From an uncultured Clostridia bacterium (GTDB lineage Bacteria > Bacillota > Clostridia > Oscillospirales > Ruminococcaceae): DNA of 64,000 nt. Location: assembly GCA_947600065.1 (NCBI GenBank), contig CANQFZ010000004.1:9351-73350 (forward strand), given 5' to 3'. Within the stretch, counting starts at the first letter, position 1. Each line of letters opens with the position of its first letter. Shown here one piece after another: positions 30,418 through 40,526 of this stretch. A program made the translations under genes and the position numbers. The notes beneath the pieces are model-generated. The model was not told the DNA's origin. It made no database searches and saw only the letters and a list, made by a program, of their open reading frames with translations.

Positions 30418-31101
30418 ATGAACTTTTTAAAGATAAATGTCGAAAACGAGCGTATGTTCAAAGCGGGAAAGTTTGACGGAATGAAGTCGGAGTATATAAA
30501 GGACTACACTCCGACCGAGCGCAGCCGCACAGCTCCGTTCAAGCTTTCGGAAAACCTTGTAAAGCAGACAACTATTGCTTGCGTTATTGACAACAGCTCA
30601 AAGCACTGCGTTGTTCTTAATTTTGCAAGCGCCTATCACCCCGGCGGAGGTTATCTCACGGGTGCAAGAGCGCAGGAGGAGAGCCTTTGCCGAGCAAGCG
30701 GGCTGTATTACACTTTGCGCGAAATGACGGCATTTTACGAAGACAACAAGCGCGGCGGCGTTGAATACACCGACGGAATGATCTATTCGCAAAATGTTCT
30801 TGTTGTCCGCGACGACAGGGGAAACGCGCTTAAAGAACCGATAAAGTGCGATTTTCTGACCGTTCCCGCCGTCAACCGCAACAAGGCTAAATCCATTCCC
30901 CGCGAGCAGACAAACCTCACCATGGAGCGCAGGATAAACAAGATAGTGTCATTCTGCGCGGAAACGGACTGCGAGGTCGCTGTTCTGGGAGCGTTCGGCT
31001 GCGGAGTGTTCGGAAATGACAGAAACGAGATACTTCCTATGTTTGAGCGCGCAATAAACAAATTCGGCGGCGATAAGAAATACATTTTCGCAATACCTTG
31101 A
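30418..31101 (+). CDS. TIGR02452/DUF2263 macrodomain protein (bacterial PARG-like)
   Basis: LNFASAYHPGGGYLTGARAQEESLCRASGLY and LGAFGCGVFGN motifs. Confidence 0.88.
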   Translation: MNFLKINVENERMFKAGKFDGMKSEYIKDYTPTERSRTAPFKLSENLVKQTTIACVIDNSSKHCVVLNFASAYHPGGGYLTGARAQEESLCRASGLYYTLREMTAFYEDNKRGGVEYTDGMIYSQNVLVVRDDRGNALKEPIKCDFLTVPAVNRNKAKSIPREQTNLTMERRINKIVSFCAETDCEVAVLGAFGCGVFGNDRNEILPMFERAINKFGGDKKYIFAIP

Positions 31102-31107
31102 AAAAAT

Positions 31108-31284
31108 CAGACTGTAGATAAAGCCCCATCTACGTCGTATGGTTATCCGCTAAAGCGGATAACACGGTAACATGCGGCAGGCACAAAGCCTAGCCGCAGC
31201 CACGCTTCAGCGTTGTACGCGAAGCGTTCAATGCGGTATCTGGGACTTTCTCTACAGTCTGAAGCAGGACTTTTATACAGTCTG
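31108..31284 (+). mobile_element. MITE-like repeat copy 4 (long form, modules A+B, 177 bp)
   Basis: Same termini; AAAAT duplicated on both sides. Confidence 0.85.
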
Positions 31285-31345
31285 AAAATAACAAAGGCGT
31301 TATTTAAATAAAATCAATTTAAAAAAAGAAAGGAAGGCAAACCAA

Positions 31346-32557
31346 ATGGAAAAAATTCAGATGAAGACCCCGCTCGTCGAAATGGACGGCGACGAAATGA
31401 CAAGGGTCATGTGGAAGATGATAAAGGATATTCTCATTCTTCCGTATATCGACCTTAAAACCGACTATTACGATCTGGGGCTTGTCCACAGAAACGAAAC
31501 GGACGACCAAGTGACAATCGACAGCGCGAACGCTACAAAGAAGTACGGCGTTGCTGTAAAATGCGCGACAATAACCCCCAACGCGCAGAGAGTAGAGGAG
31601 TATAAGCTCAAAGAGATGTGGAAGTCGCCAAACGGCACTATCCGTGCTATTCTCGACGGAACAGTATTCAGAAAGCCCATTCTCGTAAAGGGCATAACTC
31701 CCTATATCCCCACCTGGACGAAGCCTATTACTATCGCCCGTCACGCATACGGCGATATCTACAAAAACACCGAGCTTAAAGTAGAAAAAGGCTCAAAGGC
31801 TGAAATCGTAGTTACAAATCCCGACGGAAGCGAGACCCGCGCGCTTATTCACGACTTCAAGTCCTCCGACGGTATCGTTCAGGGCGTTCATAATCTTGAT
31901 AATTCAATAGCGAGCTTTGCGAGAGCGTGCTTCAACTACGCTCTAGACGCAAAGGAAACTCTCTGGTTCGCTTCAAAGGACACGATCTCAAAAACCTACG
32001 ACCACCGCTTTAAAGACATTTTCGCCGAGATCTACGAAAATGAATACAAGGCAAGGTTCGAGGCTGCGGGAATTGAGTATTTCTACACGCTCATTGATGA
32101 CGTTGTAGCGAGAGTTGTACGCTCCGATGGCGGATTTATTTGGGCTTGTAAGAACTATGACGGCGACGTTATGAGCGATATGCTTGCTACTGCTTTCGGC
32201 TCGCTCGGACTTATGACGAGCGTTCTTGTTTCTCCCGACGGAAAGTACGAATACGAAGCCGCTCACGGAACGGTGACCCGCCATTATTACAAATACCTAA
32301 ACGGCGAAAAGACCTCTACAAACCCCATAGCTACCATTTTCGCTTGGAGCGGCGCGCTGAGAAAGCGCGGCGAGCTCGACAATATCCCCGAGCTTATGAG
32401 ATATGCGGACAAGCTCGAAAAGGCTTCGATACAGACAATGGAAGACGGCGTTATGGACAAGAACCTTTCCACAATGTCAAAGCTTGAAAACAAGCGCGTT
32501 GTAGATACCGAAACGTTCTTAAACGAAATAAACGAGCGTCTTAAAGCAATGATGTAA
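31346..32557 (+). CDS. icd: NADP-dependent isocitrate dehydrogenase
   Basis: [33 protein letters not shown] and [11 protein letters not shown] motifs. Confidence 0.97.
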   Translation: MEKIQMKTPLVEMDGDEMTRVMWKMIKDILILPYIDLKTDYYDLGLVHRNETDDQVTIDSANATKKYGVAVKCATITPNAQRVEEYKLKEMWKSPNGTIRAILDGTVFRKPILVKGITPYIPTWTKPITIARHAYGDIYKNTELKVEKGSKAEIVVTNPDGSETRALIHDFKSSDGIVQGVHNLDNSIASFARACFNYALDAKETLWFASKDTISKTYDHRFKDIFAEIYENEYKARFEAAGIEYFYTLIDDVVARVVRSDGGFIWACKNYDGDVMSDMLATAFGSLGLMTSVLVSPDGKYEYEAAHGTVTRHYYKYLNGEKTSTNPIATIFAWSGALRKRGELDNIPELMRYADKLEKASIQTMEDGVMDKNLSTMSKLENKRVVDTETFLNEINERLKAMM

Positions 32558-32571
32558 TTTAATTAAGTGCA

Positions 32572-32600
32572 GCGCCGCGCTTTTTACAGCGCGGCGTTTT
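32572..32600. terminator. Terminator between convergent genes
   Basis: GCGCCGCGCT-loop-AGCGCGGCGT-TTT. Confidence 0.7.
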
Positions 32601-32617
32601 GCCTTTTCAAAGCGGCG

Positions 32618-33511
32618 TTATGAAACGAGCTGAAGCTCGTAAAAATGTGAAAGTATCTCCTCGAATGTCTTGTTGTTTGTTGCGAGAATGTTTGCGGCAT
32701 TGAGGCTCATTCCCGCATTGTCGCCATATCCCTTACAGCGAAAATAAAACGTTTCTTCGCGGTACTCTGCGGATATGGCTTCGCTTCTGAGGTCAAGAGC
32801 CGAGCGTATCTCTGCTCCCGAAAGTTTTTTGCTGAGCAATTCTATCGAAACCAGCCCGCCGTATTCGTCGTAAACGGGGTTTGAAAACCATTTTTCCTGC
32901 GGCTTATCCGCAATGTTTATGACCGAAAAGGCGCTTAAGATCTCGTTTTCGGTAAAGGCGCGCTCCGTAAGATATCCCTTTGCGAGAGCGTCTTCGGGCA
33001 GTTCTTTCGACGGCATAAAGGGTAGCTCTCTGGTCTTTCCGCTCGATATGGCGCACATTTTGATTTTGACAGGCTCTTTGTCATTTGCAAGATAACGGTG
33101 CGAAGCAAGCTTTATCGCGCTCTGCACAAGCTTTCTGTCCGAAAGTTTTACGGCTGTGTCGGTATATGAAACGAACGGAAACTCGTCGCTGACGGTAAAG
33201 TCGGCTATGGAAAAGCGGTTTTTGTCATTAAGCTCCGCAAGAGCGTTTGTGTTAAAAACAACTGCCATTGCCGCTAAGGTCTGTTCTTCGTAGATATTCC
33301 CCGTTTTCGGCATCATACCGCAGATACAGCCTTCGATAAAATTATCAAAGCTCATCTGCTCTATTCTGTCAGTATCGCTTATGTAAACTGACACGCTTTT
33401 GGGAAACAAAGAGCTTTCGGTATTATCGACGGTAATATCCGAAATAACGGCAAAGACCGAAGCCGCAATAATTGCCGCGCAGACTAAGGCAAGAATTATT
33501 TTTTTGGGCAT
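32618..33511 (-). CDS. SpoIID/LytB-domain protein (divergent)
   Basis: RBS AAAGGAG before ATG 33511; N-terminal signal/TM; GAEIRSALDLRS and CKGYGDNAGMSLNAA resemble the SpoIID C-terminus. Confidence 0.75.
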   Translation of the reverse strand: MPKKIILALVCAAIIAASVFAVISDITVDNTESSLFPKSVSVYISDTDRIEQMSFDNFIEGCICGMMPKTGNIYEEQTLAAMAVVFNTNALAELNDKNRFSIADFTVSDEFPFVSYTDTAVKLSDRKLVQSAIKLASHRYLANDKEPVKIKMCAISSGKTRELPFMPSKELPEDALAKGYLTERAFTENEILSAFSVINIADKPQEKWFSNPVYDEYGGLVSIELLSKKLSGAEIRSALDLRSEAISAEYREETFYFRCKGYGDNAGMSLNAANILATNNKTFEEILSHFYELQLVS

Positions 33512-33534
33512 TGCAATACTCCTTTTAATTGCAC

Positions 33535-33563
33535 TTGACAAGCAGTGCCGAATGGTGTATAAT
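33535..33563 (+). promoter_or_regulatory. Consensus SigA promoter of citrate synthase
   Basis: TTGACA-17 nt-TATAAT. Confidence 0.85.
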
Positions 33564-33570
33564 AGAATAG

Positions 33571-33725
33571 CAGACTGTATATAAAGCCCCATCTGCTGCG
33601 TCAACGGCACTACGGCAGGCACAAAGCCTAGCCGTAGCACCGTTTCAGCGTTGTACGCGAAGCGTTCAATGCGTGCATACTGGGACTTTCTATACAGTCT
33701 GAAACTTGACTTTTTATTCAGACTG
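33571..33725 (+). mobile_element. MITE-like repeat copy 5 (module B only, 155 bp)
   Basis: Perfect 9-bp flanking duplication ATAGAATAG. Confidence 0.9.
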
Positions 33726-33761
33726 ATAGAATAGTATAATATAAAATGGAGTGATAGTGTT

Positions 33762-35126
33762 ATGGACAAACTGGAACATCTTAAATCAACCGAAGAATTA
33801 AAGAAAATGTGCGAAGAATTTTGCAAGAACAGCGTTATCAGCACAGACCTTATAAACAAGTTCGGCGTTAAGCGCGGACTTAGAAACCCCGACGGTTCGG
33901 GCGTTCTCGCGGGAATAACGAACGTCTGCTGCGTTCACGGCTATGTAATAAGCGAGGGCGACAAGCAGCCCATAGAGGGCGAGCTTATCTACCGCGGATA
34001 TAATATCCGCGACATAGTAAACGGCGCAAAGAAAGACAACCGCTACGGCTATGAAGAAGTCGTTTACCTTCTGCTTTTGGGAAAGCTCCCGACGAAAAGC
34101 GAGCTTCAGTCTTTTTCAAAACTTATAGCAGAGTATCGCGAGCTTCCGCTTTATTTCATAGAGGACGTAATAATGCGCAATCCCTCGCCGAATATCATGA
34201 ATAAAATGCAGCAAGCGGTGCTTACGCTTTACAGCTATGACAGCGACCCCGAAAACAGCTCTCCCGAAGTGGAGATGCTTCAGGCGCTTTCTGTCATTTC
34301 AAAGCTCCCCGCAATAATGGTAGCTTCTTATCAGGCACTTCGCCGTTTTTATCATAACGACAGCATGGTAATGCACCAGATAAATAAAGAAGAGAGCCTA
34401 GCGGAGAGTATCCTTTCTACATTACGCGACGACCGCGCCTATACTCCCGAAGAAGCGAAGCTTTTGGACCTTTGCCTTATGCTCCACGCAGAACACGGCG
34501 GCGGAAACAACTCTACATTCACCTGCCGCACGGTATCGTCTTCGGGCACTGACGCTTATTCGGCATATGCGGCGGCGATAGGTTCTCTAAAGGGTCCTCG
34601 CCACGGCGGAGCAAATATAAAGGTCATGCAGATGCTTGACGCCGTAAAGGACGGCGTAAAAGACTGGAACGATGATGAAGAAGTCGAGAATTTCCTGCAT
34701 AAAATAATACGGAAAGAGGCGGGCGACGGCTCGGGACTTATCTACGGAATGGGTCACGCGGTTTATACATTGTCCGACCCGCGTGCTGTTATTCTTAAAA
34801 AGAACGCAATGGAGCTTGCAAAGGGCAGCGAGTTTGAAGCCGAATTTAAGCTCCTCGACAGCATTGAGCGCATAACTCCGAAAGTCTTTGCGGAAGAACG
34901 CGGTGACATTAAGAATATATGTGCAAATGTGGATATGTATTCGGGACTTGTCTATAAAATGCTGAAGATCCCCGTTGAAATGTATACCGCGCTGTTTGCC
35001 TGCGCGAGAATGGCGGGCTGGTGCGCGCACAGAATGGAAGAAATGATAAACGGAAAGCGCATAATCCGCCCCGCTTATAAGGCTATAAATCTTAACAAGA
35101 AATACATTCCGCTAAACGAGAGGTAA
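33762..35126 (+). CDS. gltA: Citrate synthase
   Basis: GELIYRGY, LHAEHGGGNNSTF, GPRHGGAN, GMGHAVY...DPRA, ANVDMYSG and RIIRP motifs. Confidence 0.93.
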   Translation: MDKLEHLKSTEELKKMCEEFCKNSVISTDLINKFGVKRGLRNPDGSGVLAGITNVCCVHGYVISEGDKQPIEGELIYRGYNIRDIVNGAKKDNRYGYEEVVYLLLLGKLPTKSELQSFSKLIAEYRELPLYFIEDVIMRNPSPNIMNKMQQAVLTLYSYDSDPENSSPEVEMLQALSVISKLPAIMVASYQALRRFYHNDSMVMHQINKEESLAESILSTLRDDRAYTPEEAKLLDLCLMLHAEHGGGNNSTFTCRTVSSSGTDAYSAYAAAIGSLKGPRHGGANIKVMQMLDAVKDGVKDWNDDEEVENFLHKIIRKEAGDGSGLIYGMGHAVYTLSDPRAVILKKNAMELAKGSEFEAEFKLLDSIERITPKVFAEERGDIKNICANVDMYSGLVYKMLKIPVEMYTALFACARMAGWCAHRMEEMINGKRIIRPAYKAINLNKKYIPLNER

Positions 35127-35133
35127 TAAACAT

Positions 35134-35985
35134 ATGACTAAAAACGGCAGGATATCGGCTTTCGCGCTTATCGCGGGGATCGTTCTTTGCGTTGCCGCAA
35201 GAACCATTGGAATATTGTCCTTTACCGATATGAAAACAGGATTTTTGTTTCATGAAAGCACGGTTTTGTATTGCATGATCTTTTTCGGGCTTTGCGCATG
35301 CGCTTCGGTCATAACGGCTGTATCCGCGCCAAAGACTAACGGAATTTCCGAAAAAGGTACGCTCATATTGGGCAGTATAACGGTATTTATCGCGGCGTTC
35401 GCGGTTTATGACGGGATAAACGGCTTAAACTCAATAAAGCCTTTTATGGTAAGGATAATTGTCGATTTTGTCATAGCGGCGTTTATTCTTGTTGTCGGAG
35501 TATTGACGCTTAGGAAAAGGAAAATAACTCCGCTTATAGGTTTTTTGTATTCGGTCATAGGGGCATATTATATCTTCCTTGCGGTCGCGGGTATCTCTCA
35601 GAGAATGTCTGTGTTGACTTATCATGAGTATCTTCTCGACGTTCTGACGACAACTTCGGGCGGTATTTTCCTCGCGCTCTTCGGAAAGTTCTATTCGGGA
35701 AACAGCGAAAAGCATACACTGTTCTTTATGCGCTTTTGGGGCACTGCCGCAGCGGTATTCTCGCTTTCTTCGTCTTTAGGAACTATACTTGCGAAGATAT
35801 TCGGTTCGGAAGAAATTTCCGAAAGGATAACCGCAGATCCCGTTGTTGCGGAAAAGTTTTTCCAGGATAATGCTCTTAGCGCAAACGGAAACTATATGAT
35901 GTCATTTGCTCCGTGGGTAAATCTCATGGTGGGGATATTTGCTGCTGCTGCGGTATTTATGTCGTTTTCGAAAAATAAGGATTAA
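35134..35985 (+). CDS. Hypothetical multi-pass membrane protein
   Basis: 283 aa, about 7-8 hydrophobic segments. Confidence 0.75.
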   Translation: MTKNGRISAFALIAGIVLCVAARTIGILSFTDMKTGFLFHESTVLYCMIFFGLCACASVITAVSAPKTNGISEKGTLILGSITVFIAAFAVYDGINGLNSIKPFMVRIIVDFVIAAFILVVGVLTLRKRKITPLIGFLYSVIGAYYIFLAVAGISQRMSVLTYHEYLLDVLTTTSGGIFLALFGKFYSGNSEKHTLFFMRFWGTAAAVFSLSSSLGTILAKIFGSEEISERITADPVVAEKFFQDNALSANGNYMMSFAPWVNLMVGIFAAAAVFMSFSKNKD

Positions 35986-36052
35986 GTTTTATCGGAGATC
36001 CGAAATTCAATAGATTTCGGGTCTTCGATTGCCTGTTTAAGAATAGCGTGGT

Positions 36053-37393
36053 ATGAAATTGAAGTTTAAAAGAATTATAGCCGCAGGGGCAGCTTTAGTT
36101 ATGAGCGCTATGCTGTGCGGCTGCAACGAAAGCTCGGTCGAAAATCTTCTCAGTCCGCCGAAGCTGCTCGACGAACAGAACGAGCTGTACAGCGAGCTTG
36201 TAAAAAGCGTCGGACAGAACGTAAAGCTTAAATATCCCCAGAGCGGGGACTATCGTTCGCCTTTCGTGATATACAATCTCGACGACGAACCCGGAGAAGA
36301 AGCGCTTGTTTTCTATGAAAGCAAAAACACTTCTGCGGGAGAAAGCTCGCTCAGGCTCAAAATATTTGATAAGACAGACGGAAAATTTGAAGCGGTATAC
36401 GATCTTGCATGCGCGGGGAGCGAAGTCGAGAGCATAAGCTTTCCGAAGCTTTCCGAAAAGGGAACCACAAATATGATCGTAAGATATACGCTTTTAAATC
36501 AGGCAGAGAAAGCGTTTTCCGTATACTCGTATGAGGACCGAACGCCGACAGAGCTTTATTCTTCGCCTTATGTCTGCCTTGATGTTTTCGATATAAACGG
36601 CGACGGCGTGGACGAGCTTATAACCGTAAATTATGACAAGCAGACGCAGACTTCTACGGCGATGATGTTTACTGACGGAGAAAACGGTTTTGAAAAACTT
36701 TCTCAGACAAACCTCTACAGCGGCGCGGGAGATTATATGAGAGTTACAGAAGGAAAGCTCGACGAAAAAACCTCTGCGCTTTTTCTCGATTATTCAAAGG
36801 GCGGCGGCGTTTCGGGAACGGACGTTGTATACTGCGCGTCAAATCAGCTCTTGTGTCCCGTGGGCGTAGGCTCAACAACGCTTTTGCCGAATATCCAGAG
36901 AGTAACGAACGATTATATGGCGGAGATATTTTGCTATGACATTGACGGCGACGGATTTATAGAAGTTCCTAATACAAAGCTTCTCCCGGGATATGAAACC
37001 GTAAACCGATCGGAACAGCTTTATGCGATGGAGTGGTATACGGTAGCCTACAGTAAATTCTCTCTCGAATATTACAGCTATGTTTCGAGCAAATACAGCT
37101 TTGCGCTTATTTTCCCGAGCAGGTGGCTGGGAGTAGTAACAGCGGTCGCGGACTTTGCGAACAATGAAATTGCGTTTATCTATTATGACGAGCAGATAGG
37201 TCTTGACCTCGAAAATGCACAGGAAATAATGAGGATAAGAGCAGTAGATAAAGACGATAAAGAGGGACTTGAAAAAGCAAAAGAGCTTATGTTCCTCGGA
37301 GAAACGGACGAAACTTATTATTGTATGGAGCAGCAGAGCGGAAAGCTCGCACTGACGGAGAGCGAGCTTAAAAATTGCTTTAAAATGCTGTGA
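36053..37393 (+). CDS. Lipoprotein associated with the two-component system
   Basis: Lipobox LCGC; ENLLSPPKL; DxNGDG/DIDGDG repeats. Confidence 0.8.
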   Translation: MKLKFKRIIAAGAALVMSAMLCGCNESSVENLLSPPKLLDEQNELYSELVKSVGQNVKLKYPQSGDYRSPFVIYNLDDEPGEEALVFYESKNTSAGESSLRLKIFDKTDGKFEAVYDLACAGSEVESISFPKLSEKGTTNMIVRYTLLNQAEKAFSVYSYEDRTPTELYSSPYVCLDVFDINGDGVDELITVNYDKQTQTSTAMMFTDGENGFEKLSQTNLYSGAGDYMRVTEGKLDEKTSALFLDYSKGGGVSGTDVVYCASNQLLCPVGVGSTTLLPNIQRVTNDYMAEIFCYDIDGDGFIEVPNTKLLPGYETVNRSEQLYAMEWYTVAYSKFSLEYYSYVSSKYSFALIFPSRWLGVVTAVADFANNEIAFIYYDEQIGLDLENAQEIMRIRAVDKDDKEGLEKAKELMFLGETDETYYCMEQQSGKLALTESELKNCFKML

Positions 37394-37415
37394 GAATATT
37401 TCGGAAAGGCTTTTT

Positions 37416-38111
37416 ATGAAAAGAATACTTGTTTGTGAGGACGAAGCTTCGATCAGGGATTTTGTCGTTATAAACCTGCGCAGGGCGGGATATGACGTTG
37501 TGGACACATCGAGCGGCGAAGAAGCCTGCGAGGTCTACAAGAAAAACGGCGGCGGATTTGATGTGGCATTGCTAGATATCATGATGCCGGGAATGGACGG
37601 CGCGGAGCTTTGCAGATGGATAAGAGAGCAAAGCGCCGAGATAGGCATAATGATGCTTTCGGCAAAAAGCCAGGAAATCGACAAGGTAAACTGCCTTATG
37701 CTCGGAGCAGACGATTATGTGACAAAGCCGTTTTCGCCGAGCGAGCTTGTGGCGCGAATTGACGCGCTTTACCGCAGAGTTACTATGAGCCGTTCGCCAA
37801 AAGAAGAAGCAAAGGTCATTATAGCCGAGCCTTTTAAGCTCGACCTTCAGAGTAGGATCTGTTATAAAAACGGAGAGATGATCGAGCTTACTCAGGTGGA
37901 GTTTCATATGATGAAATATCTTCTTACAAACAAAGGTTCTCCAATTGATCGAAGGTCTATCCTGCGGCATATCTGGGGAGACAGCTATGTCGGAGAAGAT
38001 AAAGTCATAGACGTAAATATGAGAAGGCTTCGTATGAAGATAGAAGACGACCCCTCGTCGCCAAAGTATATCCAGACTATCTGGGGATATGGGTATAAGT
38101 GGAACGGCTGA
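37416..38111 (+). CDS. OmpR-family response regulator
   Basis: LLDIMMPGMDG, GADDYVTKPF, winged-helix QTIWGYGY. Confidence 0.95.
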   Translation: MKRILVCEDEASIRDFVVINLRRAGYDVVDTSSGEEACEVYKKNGGGFDVALLDIMMPGMDGAELCRWIREQSAEIGIMMLSAKSQEIDKVNCLMLGADDYVTKPFSPSELVARIDALYRRVTMSRSPKEEAKVIIAEPFKLDLQSRICYKNGEMIELTQVEFHMMKYLLTNKGSPIDRRSILRHIWGDSYVGEDKVIDVNMRRLRMKIEDDPSSPKYIQTIWGYGYKWNG

Positions 38112-39550
38112 TGAAAGAAAAAAATCAGAAAAAAAGCCGTCATTCTCTTGCGACCAAATGGCTCGTAAATACGCTGTCGGTCGTTGTGATAGTGCTTATT
38201 CTCGTAAATTTCGGCGTTTATTATTTTGTCCGACAGTATTATTACGGCTCGGCGGAAAGCTATATGATTTCCGAAGCAAACGCTACCCAGACGATATTAA
38301 AACGCCTTTATGAAGACCCTGCGATAAACTATTCCGCAGAGGTCAGAGAAATGATAGAGGGCTTTGAAAAAAAGGACAGAATGGAGCTTATGTCCATAAA
38401 CCGAAACGGAAAAGTTTCGCTTTCTTCGAGCGGATTTTCTCCCGAGGGAGATTATTCCATGCCCGACTATGAGCTTGCTCTCGAAAGCGAAGACCGAACG
38501 GGCGTTTATATCGGAAAGGGCAGAGGAGAGAATATCATAGCCGTTACTGTTATAATAGACAATCCCAGCAGTAATTTCAGAGCTATGAGATTTGTGACGA
38601 GCCTCGGAATGATAGACGCGCGCATAAGCGGGATAATGCTCGCTTGCGTAGTGATAAGCGCGTTTATAATCCTTATAATCACGCTTATGGGAACATATTT
38701 CGTAAAGTCTATCTGCGTTTCTCTCGTGCAGATGGGAGATATAGCAAAGAAATTAGCAAAGGGCGATTTTTCGGAAAGAATACCCATAACCGCAAACGAC
38801 GAGATAGGACAGCTCTCCCGGTCATTCAACGAAATGGCGGACGAGCTTGAAAACTCCGAGCAGATAAAAAACGACTTTATTTCGAGCGTTTCTCACGAGC
38901 TGAGAACTCCTCTTACGGCAATAAAAGGCTGGTCCGAGACGCTCAGCGAGGGGTATGACGAGGAAACGTTCTCAAAAGGAATGAAGGTCATAACGGGCGA
39001 AACCGCAAGGCTCGAACAAATGGTCGAAGAGCTTCTTGACTTTTCGAGAATACAGAGCGGAAGACTGACGCTTCAAATGGACACAATAGATATCGTAGCC
39101 GAGCTTGAGGACGCGTTGCTGATATATATCGACAAGGCGAAAAAAGAAGAAAAGACCATTTCATATAACGAGCCGCAGTTTATGTGCGCCGTATACGGCG
39201 ACAAGAGCAGGCTGCGCCAGGTGTTTATAAATATCATAGACAATGCCGTAAAGTATACCGAGCCTAACGGGAGAATAGAAGTTATCGTTACTAAAAACGA
39301 AGACCTTGTGGTAATTTCAATTTCAGACACGGGCTGCGGAATTGCGCCCGAAGACCTGCCGAAAGTAAAGCAGAAATTCTATAAGGCGAACAGGACAAAG
39401 CGCGGTTCGGGAATAGGGCTTGCCGTTGCGGACGAGATAGTTCAGATGCACGGCGGTCATCTTAAAGTTGAAAGCGAGCTTGGAGAGGGAACGACAGTCA
39501 CGGTTATGATACCGCTCGCGGAAAAGAAAGGAGAGCCGTCTGATGGATAA
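38111..39550 (+). CDS. HAMP-domain sensor histidine kinase
   Basis: Two TM helices, SHELRTPLT, NAVKY, DTGCGI, GSGIGL; TGATG overlap with the regulator. Confidence 0.95.
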   Translation: MKEKNQKKSRHSLATKWLVNTLSVVVIVLILVNFGVYYFVRQYYYGSAESYMISEANATQTILKRLYEDPAINYSAEVREMIEGFEKKDRMELMSINRNGKVSLSSSGFSPEGDYSMPDYELALESEDRTGVYIGKGRGENIIAVTVIIDNPSSNFRAMRFVTSLGMIDARISGIMLACVVISAFIILIITLMGTYFVKSICVSLVQMGDIAKKLAKGDFSERIPITANDEIGQLSRSFNEMADELENSEQIKNDFISSVSHELRTPLTAIKGWSETLSEGYDEETFSKGMKVITGETARLEQMVEELLDFSRIQSGRLTLQMDTIDIVAELEDALLIYIDKAKKEEKTISYNEPQFMCAVYGDKSRLRQVFINIIDNAVKYTEPNGRIEVIVTKNEDLVVISISDTGCGIAPEDLPKVKQKFYKANRTKRGSGIGLAVADEIVQMHGGHLKVESELGEGTTVTVMIPLAEKKGEPSDG

Positions 39551-40520
39551 AGCCAAAAAGACAACTATCGGCGGTCAGGCGCTTATAGAGGGAGTTATGA
39601 TGAAAGGCGTTTCCGTCGGCGCAATGGCAGTAAGGAAAAAAGACGGTTCGATCTATCTTGAAGAATGGAAAATTCCCGAAAAAAAGTGGTATAACAAAGC
39701 GCCGTTTATACGCGGCTGTATAAATTTCGTGTCCCAGCTGAAGGACGGATATTCTTATATAAACAAGTCCTCGGAGATAAGCGGCGAGTTTGACGACGAA
39801 GAACCGACAAAATTCGATTTGTTTCTTGTAAAAACTTTCGGCGAGAAAGGCGCGGAAAAAGTGGTAAATGCTATAGCGGGGATATTGACGTTTCTTATGA
39901 TAGCGGCGATGCTTGCGGTGTTTTTGTTTCTGCCGAGCTTTTTGTTTACGCTTATTGAAAACGCCGTTAGCGCGGATATATCAATGTGGAAGTCTGCGTT
40001 TGAGGGCGTGTTGAAATTAGTGCTGTTTATAGTGTATATGGCAATTGTCGCGCAGACAAAGGGCATTCGCAGAGTATACGAATATCACGGCGCAGAGCAT
40101 AAGACCATAGCCTGCTATGAGGCAAAAAAGGAACTTACGGTAGAAAACGTCCGCGAGATGACGAGATTTCACCCGCGCTGCGGAACAAGCTTTATCATAA
40201 TAACGCTTCTCGTAAGTATCCTTGTTTATTCGCTCATTCCGCTCGAACCGGGAGCATGGCTCGGAATTGAGAACAAGGTGCTTTCAACTCTCCTGAGAGT
40301 ATTGATAAAACTGCCGTTTTTGCCGATAGTTGTCGGCATTTCATATGAGCTTATAAAGCTTGCGGGAAGATATACAAACGTATTTACAAAAATAGTTTCC
40401 GCCCCCGGACTTTGGACGCAGAGACTTACTACCCGCGAGCCCGACGACAGCCAGATAGAAGTCGCCATAGCCGCGATGACGCCCTGCCTGCCGAAAGAAA
40501 ACGAAGACGACAACTGGTGA
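39543..40520 (+). CDS. DUF1385 membrane protein
   Basis: IGGQALIEGVMM, YHGAEHK, HPRCGTSF and QRLTTREP motifs; precedes prmC. Confidence 0.9.
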   Translation: MDKAKKTTIGGQALIEGVMMKGVSVGAMAVRKKDGSIYLEEWKIPEKKWYNKAPFIRGCINFVSQLKDGYSYINKSSEISGEFDDEEPTKFDLFLVKTFGEKGAEKVVNAIAGILTFLMIAAMLAVFLFLPSFLFTLIENAVSADISMWKSAFEGVLKLVLFIVYMAIVAQTKGIRRVYEYHGAEHKTIACYEAKKELTVENVREMTRFHPRCGTSFIIITLLVSILVYSLIPLEPGAWLGIENKVLSTLLRVLIKLPFLPIVVGISYELIKLAGRYTNVFTKIVSAPGLWTQRLTTREPDDSQIEVAIAAMTPCLPKENEDDNW

Positions 40521-40526
40521 TAAAAG

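Noticed and set aside
33706-33740. Outward-facing -35 (TTGACT) in the MITE right end forming hybrid promoters
   Set aside because: Spacing to TAGAAT is 15 nt and to TATAAT 23 nt in copy 5; no well-spaced -10 was found after the other copies checked (2 and 6)
33512-33859. ORF-track 413-aa version of the SpoIID-like gene
   Set aside because: The extension runs through MITE copy 5 and into citrate synthase antisense; a clear RBS and ATG lie at 33511
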